The notes under the pieces: model-generated
Databases searched by the model: none
Told to the model about the DNA's origin: nothing
Seen by the model: only the letters and a program-made list of their open reading frames with translations
Position numbers and translations under genes: made by a program
Part shown: piece after piece, positions 28,858 to 38,358 of the stretch
Numbering within the stretch: the first letter of the stretch is position 1
Layout of the letters: each line of letters opens with the position of its first letter
Assembly: GCA_046046935.1 (NCBI GenBank)
Contig: JBJOIU010000003.1
Location: 1,020 to 65,019, forward strand
From: Bacteroidota bacterium
Lineage (GTDB): Bacteria; Bacteroidota; Bacteroidia; Chitinophagales; Chitinophagaceae
Length of the DNA stretch: 64,000 bases
Direction of reading: 5' to 3'

Positions 28858-30303
28858 TTAGCTAATTAATTCATTGATAACATTTCCAGCAACATCTGTT
28901 AATCTGTATCTTCTACCTAAATGTTTGAAAGTAAAATCTTCGTGATTAACACCCATTAAATGCATTACGGTTGCATGAAAATCGTGCACATGTACAGGAA
29001 GGGTATTAATATTATAACCAAACTCATCTGTTTCTCCATGTACTCCTGGTTTTACTCCACCACCTGCCATCCAAATGGTAAAACATCTAGGATGATGATC
29101 TCTTCCATAATTGTCTTTTGCTAATGCACCTTGACAATAATTGGTTCTTCCAAATTCACCACCCCAGATAACTAAGGTCTCATCTAATAATCCTCTTTGT
29201 TTCAAATCTTTTACTAATGCTGCAGATGCTTGATCTACATCTTTGCATTGTCCTTCTAATTGAGAAGGTAAATTATCGTGTGCATCCCAGCCTTGATGAT
29301 ATAGTTGTACAAAGCGAACGCCATTTTCGGATAATTTTCTTGCTAATAAACAATTGGCTGCATAGGTTCCTGGCACCAAACAATCCGGTCCATACATTTT
29401 TACAATCGATTCTGGTTCGTTTTGTAAAGAAGTGATTTCTGGCACAGCCATTTGCATTCTATAAGACAATTCGTACTGTTGAATCTTTGCCACAATCTCT
29501 GGATCGCCAATTTCTTTATAAGAAGCTTCGTTTAATGAAGCAATCTCGTCTAGCATGGCTCTCTTATCATCTCTCTGAATAAAAGAAGGGTCAGTTAAAT
29601 ATTTAACTGGTTCTTCTCCACTGGTAAATTGAACACCCTGATGTATTGAATCTAAAAATCCGTTATTCCATAATTTTGAATAGACGCCCTGTCCATTTCC
29701 CTTGCCCTTACTTAATAAAACACAGAAAGCAGGCAGGTTTTTATTTTCACTACCTAGACCATAACTAATCCAAGATCCCATACTTGGTCTATTACCTACT
29801 TGAGCACCTGTTTGAAAGAAGGTTAAAGCAGGATCATGATTAATAGCTTCTGTGTACATACTTTTGACAATACATAAATCATCTGCTATGCTAGCTATAT
29901 GAGGAATGGTTTCACTAAACCATGCACCATGTTGACCATGTTGAGAGAAATTAAATTTTGTTCCAGCTAGTGGAAACTTCGCTTGATTAGCCGTCATGCC
30001 CGTTAAACGTTGCCCCATTCTAATGCTTGCGGGCAGATCTTCTCCATGCATACTTTGCAACTTAGGTTTATAATCAAATAAATCTAATTGTGATGGAGCT
30101 CCGTTTTGAAACAAATAAATTACTCTTTTTGCTTTAGGAGCGAAATGTGGTAATACGCTTGCAAATAATTCGTCTTCTGTTTTTGCTTGAAATAAACCTG
30201 GTGCTACAAGAGACCCTAATGCTAATCCACCAATACCCAAACTAAGTTTAGATAAGAATTTTCTTCTATTTTGGTTTAAGCCATGTTCTAAAAATTCATT
30301 CAT
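28858..30303 (-). CDS. TAT-exported DUF1501 protein (alkaline-phosphatase/sulfatase superfamily)
   Basis: Leader NRRKFLSKLSLGIGGLALG, then DUF1501-type NGAPSQLDLFDYKP near the N-terminus and WGGEFGRT / GRDHH near the C-terminus. Confidence 0.8.
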   Translation of the reverse strand: MNEFLEHGLNQNRRKFLSKLSLGIGGLALGSLVAPGLFQAKTEDELFASVLPHFAPKAKRVIYLFQNGAPSQLDLFDYKPKLQSMHGEDLPASIRMGQRLTGMTANQAKFPLAGTKFNFSQHGQHGAWFSETIPHIASIADDLCIVKSMYTEAINHDPALTFFQTGAQVGNRPSMGSWISYGLGSENKNLPAFCVLLSKGKGNGQGVYSKLWNNGFLDSIHQGVQFTSGEEPVKYLTDPSFIQRDDKRAMLDEIASLNEASYKEIGDPEIVAKIQQYELSYRMQMAVPEITSLQNEPESIVKMYGPDCLVPGTYAANCLLARKLSENGVRFVQLYHQGWDAHDNLPSQLEGQCKDVDQASAALVKDLKQRGLLDETLVIWGGEFGRTNYCQGALAKDNYGRDHHPRCFTIWMAGGGVKPGVHGETDEFGYNINTLPVHVHDFHATVMHLMGVNHEDFTFKHLGRRYRLTDVAGNVINELIS

Positions 30304-30312
30304 ACTAATGAT

Positions 30313-32655
30313 TTAAGATTTGGTGATCGCTTCTTCAAGATTATACATAATTAATATAGTCTTCATTAAAGCAGCAGCCTCAGCTTGGTTATATTTTTTA
30401 GTTGGTTGTGCAAACTCTCCAATAGCTAATGTTTCTACTGCCAATGCAGGCTTTTGATTATAGACTTCCATTTGGCTTTGGCAATATTTACTCAATTTGT
30501 TTTTTTCAAATCTTGTAGCAGGTCTAATTAAAATGGTTTCGAATGCTTTTTGAATTTTCTCATCCATACTTCCTTTGCCAATACTTAATTTCTGTGCCAT
30601 TACTCTAGATGCTTCTAGTATGGTAGGATCGTTCAACATATTTAAAGCTTGTAATGGAGTATTGGTACTACTTCTTTTTGCTTCACACTGGTCTCGATTA
30701 CTTGCATCAAATATCATCATGCTTGGAGGTGGCGCAGTCAATTTAATAAAAGTATACATGCCTCTTCTGTACAAGTCATTATTATGATCTTGTTTATAGC
30801 TTGCTAATACACCCCTACCGCTAGTAGTACTTTCCCAAACACCTTTTGGTTGATAAGGCTTTACACTTGGTCCTCCGATTGTATAATTCAACAAACCACT
30901 AGATGCTAAAATAAAATCTCTAATTGTTTCTGCTTTGTATCTAATTCTTGGGGATCTTGAATAATACATGTTATCCGGATCTTTCTCTAATTGTTTATCA
31001 TGTATATCTGCAGATTGTTTGTAAGTACTACTATTAACAATCTTTTCTATCAAATATTTAATGTTCCAATTATGTTCCATAAAATCTACTGCCAACCAGT
31101 CTAATAATTCCGGGTGTGTTGGTAATTCACCTTGTAATCCATAATCACCTGATGTTTTTACGATTCCTTTTCCAAAAATTTCTTGCCAAATAAAATTCAC
31201 AAATACTCTAGCGGTCAATGGATTTTTTTTATTCACTGTCCATCCTGCTAATCCTAATCTATTTCTTTGATACTTGGTTGTATCAAAAGGCATGATAGAT
31301 TCTAATGCAGTTGGCTGAACTTGAACAGTTGAAGGAGCATCATAGCTGCCTCTGTTTAATATATAAGTTGGACGTGGTTTATTTGAATCTCCCATTACCG
31401 CTACTTCTAGAGTAGTCGTATCTTTTGAATTAATATATTTTAATAAACTATTTCTATCTGTTGCTGTGATAAATAGTTTAGGTGTTTTTGCAGGAGTTGA
31501 AATACTTACATCACCTTCGTATCCTTTTTCTTTGCTAATATTAAAAAAGCCATACAATTGATAATAGTCTTTAGCTGAGAATGGATCGTATTTGTGATCA
31601 TGGCATTGCGCACATTCTATAGTTACTCCTAAAACCGCTTTGCCATAAGTTTTAGTTTTATCAATATTATAAGATACTCTGTATTCTTCTTCAATTACAC
31701 CACCTTCTTCTGTGTATTTGTGATTTCTAAAAAAGGCAGTTGCTAAAATACTTTCTTTATTAGCATTGGGTAAAAGATCTCCAGCAATTTGTTGTGTTAA
31801 GAATTGATCATAAGACATATTCTTATTGAAAGCATTAATCACCCAATCTCTCCAAGGCCATTGTGTTCTAATATTATCATCTTGAAATCCGTAAGAGTCT
31901 GCATATCTAGCTAAGTCTAACCAAAGTACGCCCATTTTTTCTCCGTAAGCTGGTTTAGATAATAGCTGCTTAACCATTAATGTATACCAATCAGCTTGAT
32001 TGTTATTGCTCCATTGAAGAAATTCTTCATGTGTTGGAGGTAAACCTGTAATATCTATAAATACTCTTTTAATTAGTGAAGGTTTAGTAGCTGCATCGTT
32101 TGGACTAAATCCTTTTTTCTCCATGCTTGCCAAAATAAAATGATCTATTTCGTTACTTGGCCACTTGGAATTTTCAACCTCAGGTAATTTTGCTTTTACA
32201 GGTGTAACAAATGCCCAATGCTTTTCATATTTAGCACCCTGCTTGATCCATTTTTTGAATAATGCAATTTGTTCTGGACTTAATGGAGTAAGATGACTCT
32301 CTGGTAAAGGCATCATCGTTTTTGGATCGGTAGATTCTATTCTTACAATTAATTCACTTAATTCTGGATGACCAGGCACAATAGCAAATTTTCCTTTTGA
32401 TTTTTTTAATGGAGCAAATGCGAAAGCTGCTTGATCTAATCTTAATTCAGCTTTTACTTTTTTAACATCAGGTCCATGGCAAGTAAAACATTTATCAGAT
32501 AAAATGGGGCGTATATCTCTATTATAAGATACTATTTCGTCCTCTGAATTTTTTTGATTGAATGCAAAATATCTAATTGCACCAATCACAATATAGGCAA
32601 TGACTAATATAGCAATGACGATAGTTAATTTCTTATTTATCCAATTTTTTTTCAT
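30313..32655 (-). CDS. Membrane-anchored PSCyt1 / DUF1549 (PSCyt2) / DUF1553 (PSD1) protein
   Basis: N-terminal TM anchor, CFTCHGPD heme motif, second CAQCHDHKYDP motif typical of DUF1549, and a long DUF1553-like C-terminus. Confidence 0.8.
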   Translation of the reverse strand: MKKNWINKKLTIVIAILVIAYIVIGAIRYFAFNQKNSEDEIVSYNRDIRPILSDKCFTCHGPDVKKVKAELRLDQAAFAFAPLKKSKGKFAIVPGHPELSELIVRIESTDPKTMMPLPESHLTPLSPEQIALFKKWIKQGAKYEKHWAFVTPVKAKLPEVENSKWPSNEIDHFILASMEKKGFSPNDAATKPSLIKRVFIDITGLPPTHEEFLQWSNNNQADWYTLMVKQLLSKPAYGEKMGVLWLDLARYADSYGFQDDNIRTQWPWRDWVINAFNKNMSYDQFLTQQIAGDLLPNANKESILATAFFRNHKYTEEGGVIEEEYRVSYNIDKTKTYGKAVLGVTIECAQCHDHKYDPFSAKDYYQLYGFFNISKEKGYEGDVSISTPAKTPKLFITATDRNSLLKYINSKDTTTLEVAVMGDSNKPRPTYILNRGSYDAPSTVQVQPTALESIMPFDTTKYQRNRLGLAGWTVNKKNPLTARVFVNFIWQEIFGKGIVKTSGDYGLQGELPTHPELLDWLAVDFMEHNWNIKYLIEKIVNSSTYKQSADIHDKQLEKDPDNMYYSRSPRIRYKAETIRDFILASSGLLNYTIGGPSVKPYQPKGVWESTTSGRGVLASYKQDHNNDLYRRGMYTFIKLTAPPPSMMIFDASNRDQCEAKRSSTNTPLQALNMLNDPTILEASRVMAQKLSIGKGSMDEKIQKAFETILIRPATRFEKNKLSKYCQSQMEVYNQKPALAVETLAIGEFAQPTKKYNQAEAAALMKTILIMYNLEEAITKS

Positions 32656-32664
32656 GAACCAAGA

Positions 32665-33690
32665 TTAAACTCTAGAAAATTTATAAGGATATACTTTACC
32701 AGAAGCCCATTGTGCAACATAGACGCTGCCTTCATTGTCTACACAAACATCATGCGGGTGCACTAATATTTTTTCTACCTGAGACATGGGTTGTAAAATC
32801 CCATTTACATATGTTGGTTCTGAGCCACCTAAATTAGACACGACTTTATTGTCCTTATCCAATATAGTAATAAAACCAGACTTCTCGTTGTCTAAACTTG
32901 GAGATCTTAAAACAGCTGCATATAAATAATCTCCTTTAATAACTGGTCTGCATACACATGCGCCAGGCAAATGTATTGTCTCGATTAATTTACCTTCTAA
33001 AGAAAATCTTTTAAATGCGTTTCTTGTTCTATCAGTAATTAATAGAGTAGTAGTACCATTTCTTTTGTCAACACATATGCCATGTGCATTATCAAAATGT
33101 GCTTCACCTTCTCCTCTTCCTCCAAATACATTTTTTAAATTTCCTTTTTCATCATAGTGCATAATATGCTGCGCACCATATCCATCTGCTATATAAAACT
33201 CTCCATTTTCCAACACTGTTGTTTCTGTTGGAACAAATGCTTCAGCTTTTGCGTAAGCAGGAACATCCTTTGGAGCATTGATGGTTAATAAAATTTTTCC
33301 ATCCATCGTGGTTTTAAATACTTGGTGTGTATTAGTATCGGTAATAAATAAAAAATCTTCTTTACCATTATGCTGAATAGTTAACCCGTGTGCGCCAGGA
33401 AACTGATGTCCCCAACTTTCGATCAACTTGCCAGAAGTATTATATACAATTACATTATTTTTTGTTTCATTGGTTAACAAAACAATTCTACCCTTACTGT
33501 CCTGCACCATTTCGTGACAATCATTTACAGGTGTTTGACTTGGATTTAAGTTACCCCATTCGGTGTTAAGGGTATAGGTCATTTTATTGTGACCATACAC
33601 TGGATTATTTTTCACTGGATTGTTTTTTTTGGTAAGGAGTATACCCACAGAAGCAATAGATACATTTTTCACAAATGTTCTTCTTTTCAT
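32665..33690 (-). CDS. TAT-exported six-bladed beta-propeller (NHL-repeat / PAL-like) protein
   Basis: Leader MKRRTFVKNVSIASVGILL. Repeated blade motifs with H/D-rich strands (HGLTI, ADGYG, HGICVD, PHDVCVD). Confidence 0.6.
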   Translation of the reverse strand: MKRRTFVKNVSIASVGILLTKKNNPVKNNPVYGHNKMTYTLNTEWGNLNPSQTPVNDCHEMVQDSKGRIVLLTNETKNNVIVYNTSGKLIESWGHQFPGAHGLTIQHNGKEDFLFITDTNTHQVFKTTMDGKILLTINAPKDVPAYAKAEAFVPTETTVLENGEFYIADGYGAQHIMHYDEKGNLKNVFGGRGEGEAHFDNAHGICVDKRNGTTTLLITDRTRNAFKRFSLEGKLIETIHLPGACVCRPVIKGDYLYAAVLRSPSLDNEKSGFITILDKDNKVVSNLGGSEPTYVNGILQPMSQVEKILVHPHDVCVDNEGSVYVAQWASGKVYPYKFSRV

Positions 33691-33748
33691 AAGACAATAT
33701 TTAAGTAAGCAATCGTTAATAGATACCTTCTTAAAGATAACTTATTGT

Positions 33749-35005
33749 CTATTTATTTGAAGCAGTAAATTCAATTTTTTGAGTAGCATCAATCTTCAAC
33801 CAAACAAAAGCTCCAAGCAATACCATGATTCCTATAAAAAGTACAGGAAGGTAGTAGCCAAAATTAGAGGCAAGGTATCCAAACAAAATAGTGCTAAAAT
33901 AAGCACCGGTTAAACCTGCGCTATTCATTGATCCTGAGACAGTTCCACTCTTATCCCCCCCTAAATCCATCGCAACCGCCCAAGCTACAGGAGCAGTCAC
34001 ATCCATAAATGCCATTCCAATAGCTAATGCTATGATTGCCAACATATTATCTTCTACTAAAGATGCCCCAATGATACAAATTCCAGCAACAAATAGGCCT
34101 ACCATCGGTACAATTCTTCTGCCCCATTTTTTACCCCATTTTAAGCAGGCTTTATCGCTTAGCCATCCACCTGTAAAGCAACCCAATGCCGCCAATAAAT
34201 AGGGAACTGATGAAGCCCACATTAAAGCATCGGCTGAAATATTTCTCCCCTTTTGTAAATATGTATGAAACCAACTTTGAAAAAAATAAGCACCAATTGC
34301 ATAACATACATACATGCCCAATAGATACCACAAATTTTTATTCTTGAAGCCTGACCAGAAAGAAGTTTTTTTAGAGTCTGTGTTGTCTCCAATATCTCTA
34401 TGCGTATGAATAAAATTCAATTCCTCTTTACTAATAGATTTACTTTGAGCAGGTTCTTCTTTATGCCAAAAAATCCAAAATAAAGTCCAAAGAATTCCAA
34501 CAAATCCTAAAACATAAAAACTTGTATGCCAATTATATTTTTGTTGAATTGGTAAAACAATAAAAGGAGTTAGTGCAGCACCCAATCTCGAAGCGCCCCA
34601 AATGACTGCTTGTGCGCGTCCTCTTTCAAATGCTGGAAACCATTTTGCTAAAACTATAGAAGTGTTTGGATATGCGCCCGCTTCGCCCATCCCAAATAAA
34701 AATCGTACTAATAGTAGCATTAAAAAACCATTGGCAAAACCTGTTAGTATTGTGAACAAAGACCACCATAGTACCACGCGAATTAAAATTTTCTTTCCGC
34801 CGAATTTATCTCCTAGCCAACCCGTAGGAATTTCAAATGCAGCGTATGCAATAGTAAACATGCCTAGTATCCATCCCCATTGATTAATACTAATATCTAA
34901 GTCGTCCATGATATTGGTACTTGCAGAAGATAAAGCAATTCTATCTAAGAAAGTAATCATAGATAGAATTGCTAATACTAATAAAACCTGGTATCTTTTT
35001 TTCAC
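33749..35005 (-). CDS. MFS transporter (anion:cation symporter-like)
   Basis: 12-TM layout with the MFS signature region GWLGDKFGGKK. GTG start in the track. Confidence 0.85.
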   Translation of the reverse strand: MKKRYQVLLVLAILSMITFLDRIALSSASTNIMDDLDISINQWGWILGMFTIAYAAFEIPTGWLGDKFGGKKILIRVVLWWSLFTILTGFANGFLMLLLVRFLFGMGEAGAYPNTSIVLAKWFPAFERGRAQAVIWGASRLGAALTPFIVLPIQQKYNWHTSFYVLGFVGILWTLFWIFWHKEEPAQSKSISKEELNFIHTHRDIGDNTDSKKTSFWSGFKNKNLWYLLGMYVCYAIGAYFFQSWFHTYLQKGRNISADALMWASSVPYLLAALGCFTGGWLSDKACLKWGKKWGRRIVPMVGLFVAGICIIGASLVEDNMLAIIALAIGMAFMDVTAPVAWAVAMDLGGDKSGTVSGSMNSAGLTGAYFSTILFGYLASNFGYYLPVLFIGIMVLLGAFVWLKIDATQKIEFTASNK

Positions 35006-35019
35006 TAAACTAGTTTCTA

Positions 35020-36348
35020 CTAATATTTGGTAATGCCGGGAATCGCAATAGGGTAGCGGCCTTCAGCATCTGGCGTTACAGGAGGTGTTGCATCCCAAGC
35101 ATATACTTTTGGATGAATATCTAATCCTGAATTAATCGCTTTGTCCCAATACATCATTTGACCACTATAAGTAGCCATTCTACCTAGTATAGAAGTCATG
35201 GTACTTTTTGCGCCATTTTCTGCATCAGCAAATTTATATTCTCCTTTTGCAATGGCCGCAAACAATTCATCGTGTTCTGTTTGGTATGGATTGTTTTCTT
35301 TTTTGGTATCGTATTGATAAATTAATTTACCACTATGGTCTTTAATATTTGCAGCGCCACAAGCAATCCTTCCTTTTGTGCCAATTAATAATTCATCCAC
35401 TCTACTCATGGTGCCAGGCATATGTCTACACTGACTATTTAAAATAGATCCATCTGCGTATTCGAATTCAACATAATGGTGATCAAAAATTTCTCCGTGC
35501 TCTTTACTTGTTCTTACTTGTCTTCCACCAAAACCTTGTGCTTTTACAGGATAGCCACCTTTGAACCAGTTGATCACGTCTAAATTGTGAATATGTTGCT
35601 CTGTGATATGATCACCACAAAGCCAATTAAAATAATACCAATTACGCATTTGGTATTCCATTTCTGTTTGACCAGCTTTTCTTGGTCTTGTCCATACACC
35701 ATCATTATCCCACCATGCTTGCATGCTAGTAATATCTCCAATCAAATCTTTTCTTTTGAACAATTCTCTATAAGAATTTTGATAATGTCTTTGTAAACCA
35801 ACCACTACGTTTAATTTTTTTTGCTTTGCAATAGCTGCCGTTGCCAATACTTTTTGAACTCCTGCAGGATCTGTTGCCACAGGCTTTTCCATAAATACAT
35901 GCTTGCCTTGTGCAATGGCTTCTTCAAAATGAATTGGTCTAAAACCTGGAGGTGTTGCAAGAATTACAACATCTGCTAAGGCAATGGCTTTTTTATAACC
36001 ATCAAATCCTGTGAATTTTCTTTCTTCTGGAACGTCCAATCTTTTTGCCAGTTCACCAATACTATTATTAATTTCTTCTGTTAATTCTTTATGACAATTA
36101 TCTACATTGTCTTTAAAGGCATCACATAATGCAACAATTTTTACATTTTGTTTACTAGATAATGCTTGCATTGCAGCACCTGTGCCTCTTCCGCCACATC
36201 CTACTACTGCTACTTTGATGGTATCTTCTGCTCCAGAAAAATAATTGGCTTTGGATAAAAATGGAGTTGCCATTAATCCGCCGGCAACAAGGCCACTATT
36301 AATCACAAAGTCTCTTCTTGATGCATTGTTTGGTTCTTGGTTTTTCAT
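35020..36348 (-). CDS. TAT-exported Gfo/Idh/MocA family oxidoreductase
   Basis: Leader SRRDFVINSGLVAGGLMA, Rossmann motif VAVVGCGGRGTG and an EKP motif (FMEKPV). Confidence 0.85.
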   Translation of the reverse strand: MKNQEPNNASRRDFVINSGLVAGGLMATPFLSKANYFSGAEDTIKVAVVGCGGRGTGAAMQALSSKQNVKIVALCDAFKDNVDNCHKELTEEINNSIGELAKRLDVPEERKFTGFDGYKKAIALADVVILATPPGFRPIHFEEAIAQGKHVFMEKPVATDPAGVQKVLATAAIAKQKKLNVVVGLQRHYQNSYRELFKRKDLIGDITSMQAWWDNDGVWTRPRKAGQTEMEYQMRNWYYFNWLCGDHITEQHIHNLDVINWFKGGYPVKAQGFGGRQVRTSKEHGEIFDHHYVEFEYADGSILNSQCRHMPGTMSRVDELLIGTKGRIACGAANIKDHSGKLIYQYDTKKENNPYQTEHDELFAAIAKGEYKFADAENGAKSTMTSILGRMATYSGQMMYWDKAINSGLDIHPKVYAWDATPPVTPDAEGRYPIAIPGITKY

Positions 36349-36358
36349 AGAAAGGTTT

Positions 36359-37267
36359 TTATAAATGAATATAGTTGTTGAAAAATTGATTTACTTCTTC
36401 TTCGCTTGGTTGTTTGATTGGCCTAACTAATCTAAATCCCACTTCTTTAGCTTCGGTTAACCACCATTTACTTTTTGGAATTTGTGGATCCCTTTTATTC
36501 CAGACTGGATCTGAATGAAATCTTTCATTATTATTTAAATGTAAAGCATCTTCTAAAAAACTTCCGCCTCTTAATACCTTTGGGTATTTTGCTGCATTAG
36601 CCGGTACTACTGGATTTTTAGATTGAATATTTTCAAAACTATTTGGATAATAATGATCTAAGGTCCACTCTAACATATTGCCTAGTATATCATACAAGCC
36701 CCAGGGATTAGGTAATTTCTGTCCTACCTTATGATACACCCCTTTGCTATTTTTTTTATACCAGGCATATTTATCTAATAACGAAGAATTGTTGCCAAAA
36801 AAATAAGTACTTGTCGTATTTGCTTTTGATGCATATTCCCATTCAGCTTCTGTAGGTAGTCTATAAAAAACTTTTGTCTTTTTATATAACCACTTACAAT
36901 ACATAATTGCAGCTAATTGAGACATACTATTCGCAGGATAACCTCCTTCTTTCCCCATGCCCCAAGTAAGATCTACATATTGCGCGCTGGGCCTTGTGAT
37001 GGCATCTGTTTTTGAATTCTGACTTGTTCCTTCGTCTTTTAAAAAAATATCAAACTCATCTCTAGTTACTTCAAATGCACCCATCCAAAAAGCACTTAGC
37101 TCAATTTTTTTATTGCTATTGCCAATATTAAATGTTCCAGCTGGAATTGGAACCATTTTAAAATACAAGCTAGAGCCAGGAATTAATTGTTTGTATGCAA
37201 TAAAATCTTGTCCGAAAATATTATTAAGGAAAAAGCACAAAAGTAGCGTAATGAAATTTCTTTTCAA
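36359..37267 (-). CDS. Secreted formylglycine-generating-enzyme (FGE/SUMF1) fold protein
   Basis: FGE-domain motifs YRLPTEAEWEYA, GNMLEWTLD and LRGGSF. TTG start with a signal peptide. Confidence 0.8.
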   Translation of the reverse strand: MKRNFITLLLCFFLNNIFGQDFIAYKQLIPGSSLYFKMVPIPAGTFNIGNSNKKIELSAFWMGAFEVTRDEFDIFLKDEGTSQNSKTDAITRPSAQYVDLTWGMGKEGGYPANSMSQLAAIMYCKWLYKKTKVFYRLPTEAEWEYASKANTTSTYFFGNNSSLLDKYAWYKKNSKGVYHKVGQKLPNPWGLYDILGNMLEWTLDHYYPNSFENIQSKNPVVPANAAKYPKVLRGGSFLEDALHLNNNERFHSDPVWNKRDPQIPKSKWWLTEAKEVGFRLVRPIKQPSEEEVNQFFNNYIHL

Positions 37268-37302
37268 GTCAATCGTTTTGATTCTTTAAGTTAACTAAAA
37301 AT

Positions 37303-38355
37303 CTAATTCAAAAAAGCATCAAAGCCCTTTGATTTATAATAATGAATGGTTTTATCTTTTTGAATAGCAATCAATATATGGGCTTTGTTTATTTCCACTA
37401 ATTGCAAAGCTTCTTTAACACTCAAAACACTGCATGCGGTAGATAGCCAATCTGCTGTAACACCATCTTTGGCAATTACAGTCACATTTTTGGGAATTTC
37501 AATCCCATAGCCGCTTTTGGGATTAATAATATGAGAGTATCTATGCCCCTCATGTATATAAAACTGATAAACATCTCCACTGGTTGCAATTGCTTCATTA
37601 TGAAGCCTTAGTGTGCTTTTTATGGTTTTGTTTTTGTCTCTGATTTCATTGATTCCAATGGACCAAGATGCATTTACGGGAGCAAGACATACAATTTTGC
37701 CTCCTGCATCAATCATGGCATATTCGAGACCCTTTGATCGAAGATGATTCAATGCTTTTTGTGCAACAAAGCCCTTACCTAGACTTCCTAGATCCAATCG
37801 CATAGCTCTATTGGGCAAGTAAATTCGATGAAAAACACTATCGATTATAATATGATCAAAAGCAATTTGATTTTGTGCAATTTGAATCTGCTTTTTTGTT
37901 GGAAAGTTTTTTGATTTTCTTGCATTTCTCCATAAAACACTCAAAGGGCCAATAGCTATATTATAAGCTCCTTTTGTTTGTTGATAAGCTTTTTGAGCGA
38001 CTAGTAAAATCTCCTCCAGTATTGGGCTGATGGGCATTGAGCGAATACCCGCATTTTGATTAATAATGCTAATCTCACTTGTACTGTCATAATCACTTAA
38101 AATATGATTCAATGAATCTATTAATTGAAGTGCTTCTTTTGCTATTTGTGTGGATTGTACACTATCTATATGTCCATCCTTGGTTCCAATGGTAATAGTT
38201 AATGGCGATCCCATCTTATCTGCAAAGTAACTATACTTCTTATATTGCCCATTTGCAGGAGCTAAATGGATCAAGCCAATAAGAATCAGTAAAAGAGATT
38301 TATTCAAGTTGTTCTTGTAATTAGTTATACTTAAATTTAAGGAATTAAATAACAA
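37303..38355 (-). CDS. apbE: FAD:protein FMN transferase (ApbE family)
   Basis: ApbE-like motifs MGSPLTITI, DLGSLGKGF and ATSGDVYQF. The track start is TTG at 38355, only 3 bp from the divergent ATG at 38359. An internal TTG at 38307 (MNKSLLLILIGL...) is plausible. Confidence 0.8.
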   Translation of the reverse strand: MLFNSLNLSITNYKNNLNKSLLLILIGLIHLAPANGQYKKYSYFADKMGSPLTITIGTKDGHIDSVQSTQIAKEALQLIDSLNHILSDYDSTSEISIINQNAGIRSMPISPILEEILLVAQKAYQQTKGAYNIAIGPLSVLWRNARKSKNFPTKKQIQIAQNQIAFDHIIIDSVFHRIYLPNRAMRLDLGSLGKGFVAQKALNHLRSKGLEYAMIDAGGKIVCLAPVNASWSIGINEIRDKNKTIKSTLRLHNEAIATSGDVYQFYIHEGHRYSHIINPKSGYGIEIPKNVTVIAKDGVTADWLSTACSVLSVKEALQLVEINKAHILIAIQKDKTIHYYKSKGFDAFLN

Positions 38356-38358
38356 ATC

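Noticed and set aside
32665-33690. NHL propeller as a peptidyl-alpha-hydroxyglycine amidating lyase (PAL) orthologue
   Set aside because: The resemblance is at the level of blade pattern and scattered His/Asp residues only. I could not verify the PAL metal ligands by eye, so the gene is called only as a generic NHL/six-bladed propeller.
28858-37267. FGE-fold protein as the maturase that installs formylglycine in the DUF1501 sulfatase-superfamily protein
   Set aside because: The DUF1501 sequence contains no C/S-x-P-x-R motif. The N-terminal metal-site region reads NGAPSQLDLFD. The idea is kept only as something to test, not as a call.
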